A stretch of 64,000 bases of DNA from the NCBI GenBank assembly GCA_030141605.1, contig JAQGDQ010000016.1:622282-686281 (forward strand). The letters run 5' to 3'. The translations under genes were made by a program, and so were the position numbers. This DNA is from Tubiluchus corallicola. Taxonomy: Eukaryota; Animalia; Priapulida. Shown here in pieces: positions 27,201 to 39,889 of this stretch (position 1 is its first letter; each line of letters starts with the position of its first letter). The notes below the pieces were generated by a model that saw only the letters and a list, made by a program, of their open reading frames with translations, did no database searches and was not told where the DNA came from.

Positions 27201-30200
27201 GATTATGAGGATCACATTTCTGAAAACATGAATTCTTGTCAGCGAGAGCAGTTTGCCGAAAAGGAGTTTCACGTTTCACGTTTCACTATTGATAGTCACT
27301 GGGGGGTGAATTCCGACTTACTGTTTGCCGAATAATAAAGCATGGGTCCAAAATTATTGGCCTATTCATCCAAACACAGACATGAATCATTAGAAAGAAA
27401 CTAAGTGTACCTGGATACTACTTACGTATTTCAGCCATACATTCGTAGAAATAATCTGGTTCTTTTCGTCCTGAAATAAGTTCATTATTCATTGTTAATA
27501 TGCGGCTATTTCGCAATTACCATCTTTATTTAAACTTTGTAATTATTAAGTTTTACTCCCTGCTCCATATTATGAAAAGTACGCTTCTTATACAAATCTG
27601 AGTATCTTAATAGTCTAACTAACCGCTTGCAGGCCTAACTTATTCGTAAGCAAAACCGTCAGATTGAAAAAGCATATGAAACTACTTTATTACGTTATCA
27701 AACAAAATATAAATTAACATTTGTTACGTAAGCAGCACACCTTTCAGTTGGCGTGTATAAATATTGACATAGATCAACTTTCTTTCGTGATTGACAGATA
27801 CTTAAAAAACGGCTCTAGCAGCTGTAATAACAATAATTAAGCACTTAATCACTGGGACAAAGTAATAACGACTGGTCACGTGTAATAGCAATATTATTAA
27901 TGTTTAGCATGGTCTGTTGCTCCTAGGCTCCACGCAGACATGCAATTTTCAGTTATGCAATTAAAAATTGCGAAATCTGTGAATAACTAAAGTCTACGAA
28001 AGCGCGCATATGTATATGCAACTAAAAATTGCAATCTGGGCTCTAACTTTTAGTTGAGCAACTGTTTTGTAATGTACTGTTTTCAATGAGAGCGCGGAGA
28101 TATGCAATTTTTAGTTGTGCAACTTTTACTCAAAACACACTAGTTAAGCGTGAGAAAAAAGCAGTGTCTTATGAAGAGCGCTATTAAACATATAAAAGAA
28201 AGAAAAGAAAAACAAATTAATGAATAGAAATCATTTTATCATCTACAATTTTATCAATATAAAATTGCATATCTGCACTTCAAATTTTGGTGCACCATTA
28301 AAATTGCTGCCATTTTCAGTTGTGCATCTTTTAGCTGTGCAATTCAAAATTGCATGTCTGCACAGGGCCTAAAGTCATGACAGTTCACAAAAATAACAAA
28401 TGAGACGCTGTAGTGTTGCCGTGCCGTCCTCATCGCCTAAATAGGGTTAAGTATGCTTACAATTTAACTCTATTTTTATTTTTTGCTAATATTATCATAT
28501 TAATTAACTAAAAAATGCTAAGCGTAATTTAGTAGTTCCGTCTTTCTTCTGACGAAGTAGTTAGCATATGCACACAGGTGTTTACATATGGATTCATACA
28601 CATAAACTTATCACTTCCCAGCCGCTGCCCAAACTCCGAAGTACTGTAGGGCAGATTTTGTTTTGTTAGACCTATATGTTATATCATTTGTCATACCTGC
28701 ATTTTATATATTTATTTGTACGTAGGGCAATAGTTTAAGACTTATATTGAAGTAGTTTTTTCTGATGAAGTAGTCTGCAGATGCACACTAGTGTTTGCAT
28801 ATTGATTCACGCAACCTAAACTATTATTTGGCAAACTTGATAGTGAGGGCAGTGCTCGAGAACCCTGAATACGGTTGTTATTTTAGCTAACTTCCTGACC
28901 GAAACAGCCCACACTATCACATGAGCAAAATAATTTCCGTAAATTGAGGAGTCAAGAAGCACTGTACCGAGATTGGCGTTTCCCAAGGCGCTTCTCACTA
29001 GAGAATTTTTATTTGACAATGACTTTCCCTCTACTGCCCAAATTACTAAAAGATGTGTAAAAAACTTTGATTTTCAGAAATTTGTGATCAATATGTGTCA
29101 ACACAACGTATACTTTACTGAAAAAATATTTGCATAGTTTGAATGAAAATAGACAATGTGACTTCAAGGCAACACTGGACGCATGCAGGCAATAAAAAAT
29201 CGATATGTGACAGCATGCTAACTTATTGCAACCTAACTATCAATTTCACATTTTTGTATAATACGAATTAATATATATAATGTAATGTACGCGCATACTC
29301 GGCAATCATTAGTTACTCTCAGCTCTTTATTACTAACGCCCACCAATTACGATTATAAAAACTAAAGTAGGGTAAATTATTTAGCATTTTATTTTGCATA
29401 TGCGCTAGGCATGTCTTCCCACAACCCCTGCCTAACTACGAATCATACACACGAAATACAGTCAAATACGTACAAAATTCAAATATTAAAGGAAAACCAT
29501 CCCAGATATCAAAATGATAACGTTATAAACCTCAAATCATTCAATAACTTGCACTCTAAAACTATATCTGGCCTACAGTATTTCGAAGTTTGGGCAGCGC
29601 CTGGGAAGCGATCAAGTCGTGTGTCTCTCTCATTCTAATTCTACACAAAACAGACCTGTGCAGATTTGCGTGGTAATTCACTTGTTTCTGGCTTTATTTA
29701 TTTATTTATTTTATATTAATTCTGATATTAATTTACACCATTTCACAAATTCTGCCTTAAACTAGTGTTGAACATTAAATGTGACAGATACAAGGCACCT
29801 TAGGTGATACACTGAACTGGTGCGTAATGCTGAGTTTTGACCATGGTGCCATCGGGTCGGTTCACCGACAGTACAATGTAATTCAACAGCTACATTCACT
29901 AATATTTGGTACAATTTTTTTCATAAAGCTGTATTAGTTCGAAATTACTATTTGAAAAAGCTAAAAATTCATAATGAAATCCCACTAAAATGGGTGCGAA
30001 ATAGATGAAATCGGTTTATATTGTCTTCAATGCAGCCTGCGTATGCGTTATCATTTTTCTGCAGCTATTCCTATTGATTTTTCTGCAGGCTGTTCTTCAG
30101 GTGGAAAACGCATCCGCATCCGCATCCGTATCAACGTAAACACCACTTAAGAGAGACAACGCCATGTGGAATAAAAACGTTTATTATGACATCTAGGGTT

Positions 30201-33200
30201 GGTCTGTATTACTGTGCGGACGCCATTTAATTATATTGGCTTTGCTTTACAGTAGCAGTGGCATACTGGGCAAATATTTTTGTAAGATTTCTAATTGTCT
30301 GTATAACGCTGTTACTTCGGTATCACGTTGGGCAGTAGAGATACCTGAATTATGATAAAATCTAGACAAGTAGATAAACGGAAAACTGAAGATGAATCAG
30401 TTATTCGATCCACGATCAGGAATCGATAAACACCTAAAATTTACATTCACGAACTTTGGTGAGCGGTAATTTCAACATGGAATATAAGTGAGTAGACATT
30501 TGAATGCGTACAGCAATGTTAATATCTAGATCTTCATCAAGTTTCCTTATTATTTCTGCCATCACCATATCTATATAACGTCTGTTATATAACATGTCAC
30601 CTGCACTTTAAAGACGCCCCTGTAATATGTTAACGCTAGAATTTTCACAAAATGTAGCGAAGTCTAGGAAAAGTGAGTTCTCTCTACAAAAATGGAATAG
30701 TTAGTGACATGGGCTTGTCTTCAAGTATGATACCAACGCAACTTTAATGGTCTCCAACAACGCCACGATTTGAAAACCCAAGAATTTTGAAATATTATCT
30801 TCGGTGCAACTACTTTCAGTGATTTGAAAAGTTTCATTTGTTTTGTTGAAAGTTTAAAGATTTCTGCTTACTCTAAGAATTAAATTCTGTGCACGATTTA
30901 AAGTCGCACATTATTTTATACACGCCAACATTCTTACTCTGCGTCGGCAAATGTTGCTTTTATTTTCATAATGTGTAAAACGTTTTTGCCAACAGCTTCA
31001 ACGTGAAGTGAATAAAACTTTTTACAAAGACTGTCTAGCTTTCAGTCTGTTCTACATTCATCGCAAGCTGCACTGCATTTCTAACATTTTCCAACTGAGC
31101 ATGAGACATGGCTTTGGCACGTGTAATGTAGGACATACTGCGCAATTTCACCCACAGAAAAACATTAACTTGTGTAAAGGAAGCAAATCGATGGATAGAT
31201 GTAATCATCGTTCACGTAAATTCCCTGTAAGCGAGAACTTAAACAGACAACAGAGTTCGTGTAAACATTTTTCGATCGACAATCAGAATTAGGGATCTGG
31301 GTCCATAGTCCCGAAACTGCGTACTCCTAAATTGTCTTATGTATCCACTCATAGACATTGTTCTGACGACTTTTTCAGCTTTCAAATGTTGCAAGCACTT
31401 GTGGTAATGTGGTAATTAAGGAAAACTGCTTTTGGCTGCTCTAAAGAAAAATTTTAATTGCAGGAAGCATTCTTTTGCTGTAAAATTATATTTATCTAGA
31501 ATGCATTACCAAATAAAATTGTAAATGCAAAAGCATTGAAAAGCTTCATGGAAAAGTTACCCCAAAGAAAAGATCTATTCTCAAAATTTCCGTATTTTAA
31601 TATCTAAATTATTTTTAGATTAGTTTTAAATCTTCCTATAACATTGTAGAATTATAATAGTTCTAGTTAATTTGACTTACTCTGACTATGTAAAATCCAT
31701 TAGGACTGTTTATAGGACTCCTTTAGGTCTCCACTAAACTTTTAGGAAATTATTCCAACGCTAATTTAATGCATTTTTGTAGTGGAAAATAAATTTTTAT
31801 CTTTATTCATCTTTATCTAAAAATGTGATGTTTATGAAGTTATTCTTGAGAAAATCAATTGTTCCTGAGAAGTTATTCTTGAGAGTTATCTTACAGTTTC
31901 TTAAAGTCGGCAATATCGTGCGATAAGCAGATTAAGTAAAAAAACAGCAAAATAATGCATTAATTAAATGCACTTAATTAATAATAACAATAATAATAAT
32001 AATAATAACAATCAGTCACCTTTTACGCAAGAGTTTGCATAAGAATTTTCGCAAGTGTTTTCACAATACTAATTAAAAATTTTCATTACAAAAATTTTCG
32101 ACGATTTACTGGACGTGCAAGGTTGAGCTCTAGCTTCTCGAGAATTCGAGCCCAGCTGATGCAAATTTTAGCGACACAAATCTATTTCATTGTGTCAGTA
32201 GTTTGCAACCGTCCATGTACAGACTTAATTGTCCAGTAATTTAAAAAGAAGTCATAAATCAAGTAAAAATAAAACGCATTATTATGTTTAAAATTATGTT
32301 GGAGAACCGGGACTCCACGCTTCCGGAAAATAGCAAGAATTTTGAGAAGATTTATTTTTTATAGAGGCTAATGTCTAACAGAATAAGTCAAATAATTAGC
32401 TTCTTTCTGCTTGATGTCTTGTGAAAAACGTGTCAGCGCCGCTGCTATCCTTATTCAGATCGAATCGACAATAATCAATACTCACCACATCGATGATCTG
32501 TTGCAAATCAATGCCGAATGTGACTTTGACTGGCTCAGATTCATTCGATACCGGCCGTTCCAGCGGCTCGTAGTCTTTTAGCAACATTTTAAGTAAGGCT
32601 CGTTCGTTATCACTTTGTATGCTTCCTAGAAAGTAAAACAATTCACTTTCGCGCTATTTCAGCAACGAAGCATAAAATGTTAACCACAAAAATAAGCAGC
32701 AAATGATATTAACCTATTAAAATTACTAGCACAAAGTTAGTTATATAAGACGCAGCATTTCCAACTTTGTTATTTTGCATTGCGAGCAATGAAATATCAC
32801 CATAATCGTAATCATCAAAATCATCAGCAGCAGCAACAGCCGTCTTACGAACACTTATATGGCCCACTACAGGCATACACACGCTTTAAGTGATTATCAC
32901 ATTACCCTTGGTATTTCTTATTAATTAGACGTTTTTCTCAAGCTGAATGCTGCTGGAAAATAGCAGACACAAACGGGAACCGAGCCAAAATCTTTAAAGT
33001 TTTATCCTGTTAGGTTATTCATTTTATTAGGCAAAAATATAACGACCAACGTCCTCGTGTGCAAGACTATTGGTGCAGGTGATTAGTTAGTGCCATTGCC
33101 ATTAAAGTAAGTCCCAATAACATTGCAGATTATCCAATATAACCGCAACTTTATACAGTTTTTAACGAAGCCGGTTACTGTACTTAATCTTCAATTATTA

Positions 33201-36200
33201 CGTGACCATCTGTTCTATCCTTGAATGTACACCGGTGGTCGCCATTTCTTTTCCCTGCAAAGACTGTCACCTTTCTACTGTTTTCTTTGTTACAATTGAT
33301 GTATGATGGAAACGTCAAAATATCGTATTTTCCATTATGAGTCTGCAATATCAGCATCCCACTCTAATTGCCAGTTTGACATTTATTTTGACTCCCATCT
33401 GAGTGACTTCTAAACTGCTAATAGCTCTGTAAGCACGGGAGTGGCATTAAAATTTGTATGAATTTTTGTTCGTATAAAATATTAGTATTCAATTTAAGAC
33501 ATCTAGATTGACAAAAAACGTTTTTTCCCAATTATTACATGCATATGTTAGATAATACGCTTATAAACTATATATAATTTTCAATTAGACGATATTTTAC
33601 TAGCTCTTTTCCTTCAAATCAGCACACTACTGAGCCTGCCTGTTATATAAATGGGTCTGATAAGACCCATAACTGACTCATTGTGAGAGATAATTTTCTG
33701 AGGTGCGCTGGACGTAGGTGTACATTGGATGTAATTTTTAAGACGTATGCTCTTTCAACGGATAAACAGTCAGAATGAGTAAGGATAACAAGTGAAACCA
33801 TAACAAGTGAAGAGCCTATGTTATTGACTGTCTCTCGTCCGTTTAGTAACACAGCTAAGCGTTGCTTAACTTTTTTCGCTAAGCACACTTTGTACCTAGT
33901 CAACTATGTAAATAACGAATTACACTAACTAAACAAGTAGATACCTAAAAACAATGATTCTCTACAATTAGTGCACCCTACGCTCGCCTTTTTGTAGCTT
34001 CAGGCGGGTCGCTATTACATCACATGACTCAATAACCCGCTAGTAAAACTTAGTTAAACGGTGTCTAGCGGATAGATATTATCCAGCAATACTTTGATAC
34101 ACGACTATGCAAACAATTTCCATCCTGTTTAAACCGTTTCAAATGTCCTAGCTAAACCTCGTCATAATGGCGTGAATCAATGCGCCGCCGAACTACTTGC
34201 GTTTTATTGCGTTTGATTGTTGACAGAAGAGTATAGTTAATGGCTAATATCACAACTACATGATCCGGAGTACGATGACTTCATGATGTAAAGAATTTTT
34301 GGGTTTCAAATCCCGGATGCACGACTCAAATAGGAAATTTTGAATCATCATGTCTGGAAATGCAAATTTAATAATTATTGTCGACCCATTATGAAAATCA
34401 GCCATTATAGCAAAGGCCATTGACCGGTAATAATAGAGCATTAATTTTTAGCAAAATTGACCACCAGACGCCATATGCTGACTGCTTATCAATAGAATGC
34501 TAACCATTGTTGCTGCTGAAGACCCATGGCGACAGATTAACCCATTAACACTACAAAAAAGTAAAAAAGAAATTGCAAAATAAACAATGTTGCCTTTAGT
34601 AAAACGAATTACGAAACTTCAGAAAAATATATCACTGACAAAATGAATCAAAAAAGTTAACCTACCGAAATAGTTACATGGGCTCACAACGTGATTCATC
34701 ATCATTATCATAATACACCCGTCACGCCTATTGTAGACATTGGGCAGGCAGAATTAATATTTGTTGATTAAAATACACCTAGCGGCAACCATTATCAAGA
34801 GTACATGAAATTTTAAGCCTAAATGGAATGTGGTACGTGAAGCTTTGGGTAAACAAGACAAACAGATAATAATAACTACAGCAAATGTCTATAACAAATT
34901 TTTGGGAATGTTTTGAGAATTAACTCTTTCAGGACCGTAAGAGTTTGCTGCATTTTGCATAGGTTCTTGAAAAACTGCTCTCATTAAGTAACGATTACAT
35001 TATACTTGATAATTTTTGTAGGATTCTACTCCTCACACAATGGGCTTTCATGCAAAATTATATATGAAATGCATTTGCTTACCTTAGACAAACTAAACAT
35101 CGATTTTTGACAAAAAAATGGAAAAGCTTTCAGTAACTGAAGTAATTGTACAATAACAATGTACAGTACCACTTGGTGAATTTGGCTAATGCAGAAAGTT
35201 CCAACTGTTCAGTGTTCAGACACAACACTCTGATACACTTTGGCCTCAAGTCTGCTCTATTTTTAAGGAAAAATTCCTGTTAAAAGATAAGACGAACTTA
35301 ATTTCCCTTGGCTGGTCGGTTGGTTTTTCTTGGAACTTTGTACAGCAGACAGTTTTTTCGGCTGCAGTACTCAAGAAAATAGTGTGTATGATCGTGCAAG
35401 TGTATGCCACACCAAGCTACTCGATAGACTAAGTTGGGGTCCCTGAAAAGGGCGTGTTTTTCTTAATTTTATCTATTAAATCAGTTATAAATGCTTAAAC
35501 AAATAGCATGATTGGATAACCGAGATTCTCCAGAATAGAACAGTACCTAACTTGTAATCATTTAGTTATTTCTGTGCTCATACAGTAACAGAAAATTCCT
35601 ATAAGACTTGTCTTGCTGGTGTGGTCCTAAATATGTCCTAAAGAGTATGTCCTAAATTATGCCGAATGTGAACTGGGCAGTTTCGTTGTCAGCCTATTTA
35701 TTGGCGTTATTATGATGACCAAAGACGTGGACGCAAGTTAGCTACTTAAATGAATGACATGATTTCGATAATTCATCACTGCCTTTGGGAATTAAGAATT
35801 TTGTAGTAGGAACTGTACAGCATACTATGGGTCTGAAATGTTCACTCTGTAAACTCCGTTACTTGCAACAGAGGGTTAATTGGTGGTTGTTAACGAATCC
35901 ATTCTTTACTGTAATGGACGGATTCTTTCAAGGACACACCAAGATCGGCAAAAATCGTGAAATGGTCAGAACTCAGATGATTTTCTAAGGCAGTTTGTTG
36001 TTGCAGCTGTTAAGTTTCCAACTTTTCGCGGACGTTCAGCAACAAAATATTAATTTTGCGTTTAAATTTGCTGTAAACGAGGTCCATTTAAGCTAATTCA
36101 CCACAAAACAACTTTTGTGGCCATCGTCATATTAGTTGTAGGATTTCTAGTTGATTGGCATCATTTAGAACATTTCCACTAGAGGTTATTTTTGAATATG

Positions 36201-36571
36201 AATTATGATCAATATAACTGATTTGCTGGAAAATAGGCATTGACGATAAAAACGCACTTCTTCGCTGGAACCTCATGTAATGATTTGAAGAGTACATCCA
36301 CTCTTAATTTTCTCAGTTTACCGAGCTTTTTCCTCGGTCCACCAATTTGGTGCTTGCGAACTCGGCACCCACAAATTCCGCACACTTTGGGTGTCGAAAC
36401 AAAGATAACTTTAAAATCCAGAAGGGAATATAAATATCTGCGAAATGATCAGTGCTCCATCAAGTTTATAAATACATAAAAATAAAAATGTTTACCATAT
36501 GCAAGTTAGAAGATTTATTTACCTACTAAAATCACATTGATCGAACAAGTTAAAAGAAAATTCAAATTCAT
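15636..36571 (-). CDS. CHRNA7: Nicotinic acetylcholine receptor alpha subunit, alpha7-type (spliced gene model, ~484 aa): join 36571-36523 (tentative), 32625-32486, 27470-27426, 25448-25339, 23747-23494, 20924-20730, [19848-19762 OR 19722-19636], 16988-16879, 16100-15636
   Basis: All introns are GT..AG with compatible phases, and the exons total 1455 nt in frame. Exon sizes 140/45/110/195/87/110 match those I recall for human CHRNA7. Motifs: Cys-loop [15 protein letters not shown], loop [11 protein letters not shown], loop B GSWTYDG, loop C YECCPAPY (vicinal Cys = alpha subunit), cation-selective DSGEK, and [11 protein letters not shown] before M4. The symbol means alpha7-like; orthology is not tested. 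Confidence 0.95.
16879..16988 (-). CDS. nAChR exon 9 (M3: [37 protein letters not shown])
   Basis: Acceptor TTTTTAG, donor GTAAGT, 110 nt. Confidence 0.95.
17314..18875 (+). mobile_element. 5'-truncated LINE (CR1/L2-like RT C-terminus and 3' tail) antisense in nAChR intron 8
   Basis: [22 protein letters not shown]...[37 protein letters not shown] and [14 protein letters not shown]; ends in AAAATAAATAAA. Internal 46-bp tandem duplication at 17711-17798. Confidence 0.8.
19636..19722 (-). CDS. nAChR M2 exon, copy B ('8b'): (C)[28 protein letters not shown](G)
   Basis: Acceptor CTTGTCTTGCAG, donor GTAAGA, 87 nt, phase 1-1, open frame, 21/28 full codons give the same residue as copy A. Confidence 0.9.
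19762..19848 (-). CDS. nAChR M2 exon, copy A ('8a'): (C)[28 protein letters not shown](G)
   Basis: Acceptor TTCCTGTTCCAG, donor GTAAGC, 87 nt, phase 1-1, canonical alpha7-like M2 and M2-M3 loop. Confidence 0.95.
20093..20447. mobile_element. hAT-like MITE in nAChR intron 7 with an internal 58-bp tandem duplication (20200-20315)
   Basis: Imperfect TIRs CAGAGTTTTTAACCT / AGGTTAAGGACCCTTG. The 58-bp duplication is seen directly; no clear TSD. Confidence 0.45.
20730..20924 (-). CDS. nAChR exon 7 (loop C, M1, start of M2)
   Basis: Acceptor TTACAG, donor GTAAGT, 195 nt: [33 protein letters not shown]...[11 protein letters not shown]. Confidence 0.95.
23494..23747 (-). CDS. nAChR exon equivalent to vertebrate exons 5+6 (Cys loop, loop B)
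   Basis: Acceptor CTCCAG, donor GTACGA, 254 nt: [58 protein letters not shown]...GEWTLIG. Confidence 0.95.
24153..24270. repeat. (ACAT)n microsatellite
   Basis: Seen directly. Confidence 0.97.
25339..25448 (-). CDS. nAChR exon 4 ([37 protein letters not shown])
   Basis: Acceptor TATAG, donor GTTAGT, 110 nt, loop A. Confidence 0.95.
27426..27470 (-). CDS. nAChR exon 3 ([15 protein letters not shown])
   Basis: Acceptor TTTCAG, donor GTAAGT, 45 nt, loop D Trp. Too short for the ORF track. Confidence 0.95.
27926..28369. mobile_element. PIF/Harbinger-like MITE in nAChR intron 2
   Basis: TIRs GGCTCCACGCAGACATGCAATTTT / AAAATTGCATGTCTGCACAGGGCC flanked by TA/TAA, with internal TGCAATTTT subrepeats. 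Confidence 0.7.
28612..29610. mobile_element. CACTA/EnSpm-like non-autonomous element in nAChR intron 2
   Basis: ~45-bp TIRs CACTTCCCAGCCGCTGCCCAAACTCCGAAGTACTGTAGG / CCTACAGTATTTCGAAGTTTGGGCAGCGCCTGGGAAGCG with AT on both flanks. Confidence 0.75.
32486..32625 (-). CDS. nAChR exon 2 ([47 protein letters not shown])
   Basis: Acceptor TTTCTAG, donor GTGAGT, 140 nt, typical alpha7 N-terminus. Confidence 0.95.
36523..36571 (-). CDS. nAChR candidate first coding exon (signal peptide [17 protein letters not shown])
   Basis: ATG plus 16 codons plus 1 nt, then donor GTAAAT. Phase 1 matches the exon 2 start and gives the hydrophobic leader [21 protein letters not shown]. It is the best candidate found by eye, not the only possible one. 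Confidence 0.5.
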
Positions 36572-37729
36572 GTAGATGTCACCAGTCTGCCTTGTGAACA
36601 ATTTCCACATGAGTATTTACCAAAAGTTTCTGAATTACTGAATTTCATTATTAAGAAATCTAGTCACCCTATGAAGATTAGGTACAATTGAGCCATCTAA
36701 AAACCACAACGGGCCTAACGGATTTTTGCATGAAAAAATGAAAAAAATCGTCCTGAAATTTACCATGTCTATAAGTTTTGTTGGTACCTAAAATAATCCA
36801 TGTAGGTCAACGCGTGCGCAGAAACGTAAGTACAGCGGTGGCAGCCATCCTTCTTTCCCTGCTTCAAAGGCGGCCCACTTTTCTACTAAATTTTAATCAC
36901 TAAACCATATTTAAATTCTAAGCCAATAGTGTAAACAATAATCATTACGATTAAAAATATTTTTTCTTTTATGTAGCAAAATTATTACGTTACTAACAGA
37001 GAATATAAAACAGTATTTGCATGACATTGGTTAAACATTGGTTTAAATACAGTCAATAACCTACACATACTTTTAAGCTACAACCATTTCTTTCAATGGT
37101 TAGATTTGTCCTTTGTCAATAGGCTTGTCATCGTCATTGTCGTCGCCATCGTCGCCGATACTGACAATAAAGTGTTCTTTTTAAAAAGCTGCCCTGCCTC
37201 TCAAATTTGTTTTTTACACCTTAAAGGGGTTTATGCTACCCACACCCCTCTTGTCTTGTATCCACTGCAGCAGCTGCTCGACAAGCGCGCCGGTCGCATT
37301 TCATTACTATGCAAATTTGCTGGAAGTCGGGTTTGTTAGTTCGAATATGCTCGTCGAAATTTAGCGACAGAAATCTCTTATTTACGGAAAAATCAAAATG
37401 AAAAGATGCATACACTAAATAATGGTAACGAAACACAAAGTAGCCGCGAGAGAAACGTAAAATCTGGACGAACAAAATGATTGCAGATCGATAATAAAAC
37501 AAACAAAATCCTAATATTTTTTTGTATTACAGGTCATTTAATGACTGCCATTATCATTATCTCTGTCAAAAACAAGTTGAAAGTATTGTAAATTATATAA
37601 TACGCTAGCCAAACCCCGCGCATAAATCCATAACAACCCACATGCCACTCACACTACACAACCCACAGTGCCCACGCCAGCCACACCACATCCAACACAC
37701 CACCCACTCCCCAGCAACAACAACGACAA

Positions 37730-37761
<32 letters not shown>

Positions 37762-38249
37762 ACAACAGCAACAGCAACATTTCCTCCGTAATTTTAATTT
37801 GTATAGAAGCAATCTTTGTAATGATCATGCATCATTAACAACGCAATACGAAACGCCATACGCTTATAAGTGTAAAGTGTATTGGTACGGTAGTTTGTAG
37901 TCAGTTAATTATTATTAAGAATCGATAAAATTAATGAATCCCAACACGCACCAATCTTTTGATGTAAGAAATGAGATGACGGAGCTATGTGAACATGTCT
38001 GCAATTTCATCAACATGACAACTGGCTTCAAGTCAAGCTCAAGCGCACTTCATTTTCTATTTCCCTGGCAGACATTTTAAACATGGTTGATTGAAACCCT
38101 TTATTTAAAATGCCAAACGCTGATTGATTGTACACACGCCGATGCTTTCCGACTTGCGACCTTGGTTCATATCTAAATGATAAATCTCACTGCGTAATAT
38201 TGACATCACAATCCCAGACAGATCAAATGATTTGAAGACATCTATTTGA

Positions 38250-38450
38250 TTCAAAGAACTTGGTATCCTCTTTTGGTCGCCGACTGACGCGGTAACGCCC
38301 AGGCGCTGTCCGTCTCAACATTCCTGCTAAAAGCCGCCGAGTGTCAATAGTCCAACAGTTTAAATATCGCAGACTTCCCTACATATAGGCGGTCAGGCAA
38401 ATCCATCGAGTCTCTTTGGGAACATTCTGAAGCGAGAGGTTACTACTACA
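38250..38450 (+). mobile_element. Tc1/mariner transposase remnant
   Basis: Frameshifted N-P-IESLW-NILKREV at ~38400-38443 resembles the Tc1 NPIENLW..LK motif. Confidence 0.45.
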
Positions 38451-39333
38451 ACTAGTGATGCGGTTGGAAGGTTTAGTCGATTCTCCACAATGAAAAGTAA
38501 AAGGCTTGTAACATATCTAATACTTTAAACAGGGGATGTGCAGTTGTTTCTACCAAACGAATACCATACTAATAAATATTTTTACTAATTAACATTAGGG
38601 AAAAGGCAAATTGAAAATAGATCGCTTGTACTGTCACCAGTTTTGTTGATCAGTCCTTCGTATAAATGAAAGGTTGTTGGTGCAGTGTGTAGCACTGTGG
38701 TAGTACTGTGTAGCAACAATTTAAGCAGCGATCAAGTGGAAACACTGAAAGAAACTGTCGACAAGCTAGCGGGTTGTTTTGTTAAATGTTGCACAACAAC
38801 CAATGGGTTTTTTTATCATTTATAAACTCTACAGCAAGTCTTTGTTCAAATCACTACACTAACTGTGTCGACTACATTGTGCACTTTCGATTTTTTGTTG
38901 AAAACAATGGATTTTTTGCTGTGCACTTTTCAGCTTGAAATAGTGTAGAATGTTATCACTATTCTTCTAATCCCTGGTGACTAGTTGTCTTATTTGGCAC
39001 ATTTTTGATAAGAAAAAACAACCGACATAACATTATAGATTCCGTTCGTTTAAACTCGACTGACTAGTAATAATATTAAAATTAATTATACTTCTATAAA
39101 AACACAACTAAAACGCCTATAAGCTATCAACCAAAAATACGCCAATAATTATTAACAAACATATTTACCTATAGAGAACTATTACGCACTACCAGATGAT
39201 TGGACAGCAAACAGGTAGTAAATACTCGTCAGAGCACCTAGATTCTACAAATTTACACAAAATAAGTAATTTATATATTTCCAAACATTTTCCTCTCGGG
39301 GCAATTTGTCGAGATTATTTTTTACCGGAGACG

Positions 39334-39347
39334 GTTACCATAGCAAC
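39334..39347. promoter_or_regulatory. RFX X-box (GTTACCATAGCAAC)
   Basis: Exact fit to GTNRCC-N2-RGYAAC. It clusters with a YY1-like AAAATGGCG (39456-39464), E-box GTCACGTG (39540-39547) and TGACTCA (39583-39589) upstream of the nAChR gene. Confidence 0.55.
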
Positions 39348-39807
39348 GCTTTTTCGCCAAAATTTGACGAGATTTGAGTCAACAGTATTGTTTGCTGAAG
39401 AAATACTCTTGTCATTTTCTGCAAAATTTCCTTGCACCTCCCATTACTTTACATAAAAATGGCGCTGCTCATCCTCATGTTATCACAGAAAACTAAAAAA
39501 GATCTCTCAAAGTCAACACTGCATGTTCACAGACACCTGGTCACGTGTTCTTTTACTTGATACGCATAACTTACTAACTTAGTGACTCATTGGAACAGCT
39601 CCTAATGAAGCAAACAGAAGCAGTGAGGTAATTAGCAATCTGGAACGGCCCACTTTCGCCTCGGCCCTGCTTAGGAATATCTCATGCGTCTTAGTGCCAG
39701 AGTAATTATTAAAGGCTACACAGAATGAAGCATCAAAAACATCCCCATTCTACAGTGAGTGTGAAATTCAGAATTTTAGCTCCAAGGTTAGAAACATTAG
39801 TATAATA

Positions 39808-39814
<7 letters not shown>

Positions 39815-39884
<70 letters not shown>
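39815..39884. repeat. (TA)n microsatellite
   Basis: Seen directly. Confidence 0.97.

Positions 39885-39889
<5 letters not shown>

Noticed and set aside
27362-27400. Possible duplicate exon 3 (as in insect alpha6 3a/3b), frame MIHVCVWMN
   Set aside because: No DEKNQ-like start, wrong length, no GT donor.
34666-34711. Alternative first coding exon [15 protein letters not shown]|GTAGGT (phase 1)
   Set aside because: The phase fits but it is not hydrophobic enough for a signal peptide; 36571-36523 fits better.
34919-35879. Possible piggyBac-like element (TTAACTCTTT...GAGGGTTAA)
   Set aside because: The terminal inverted match is too imperfect to support by eye.
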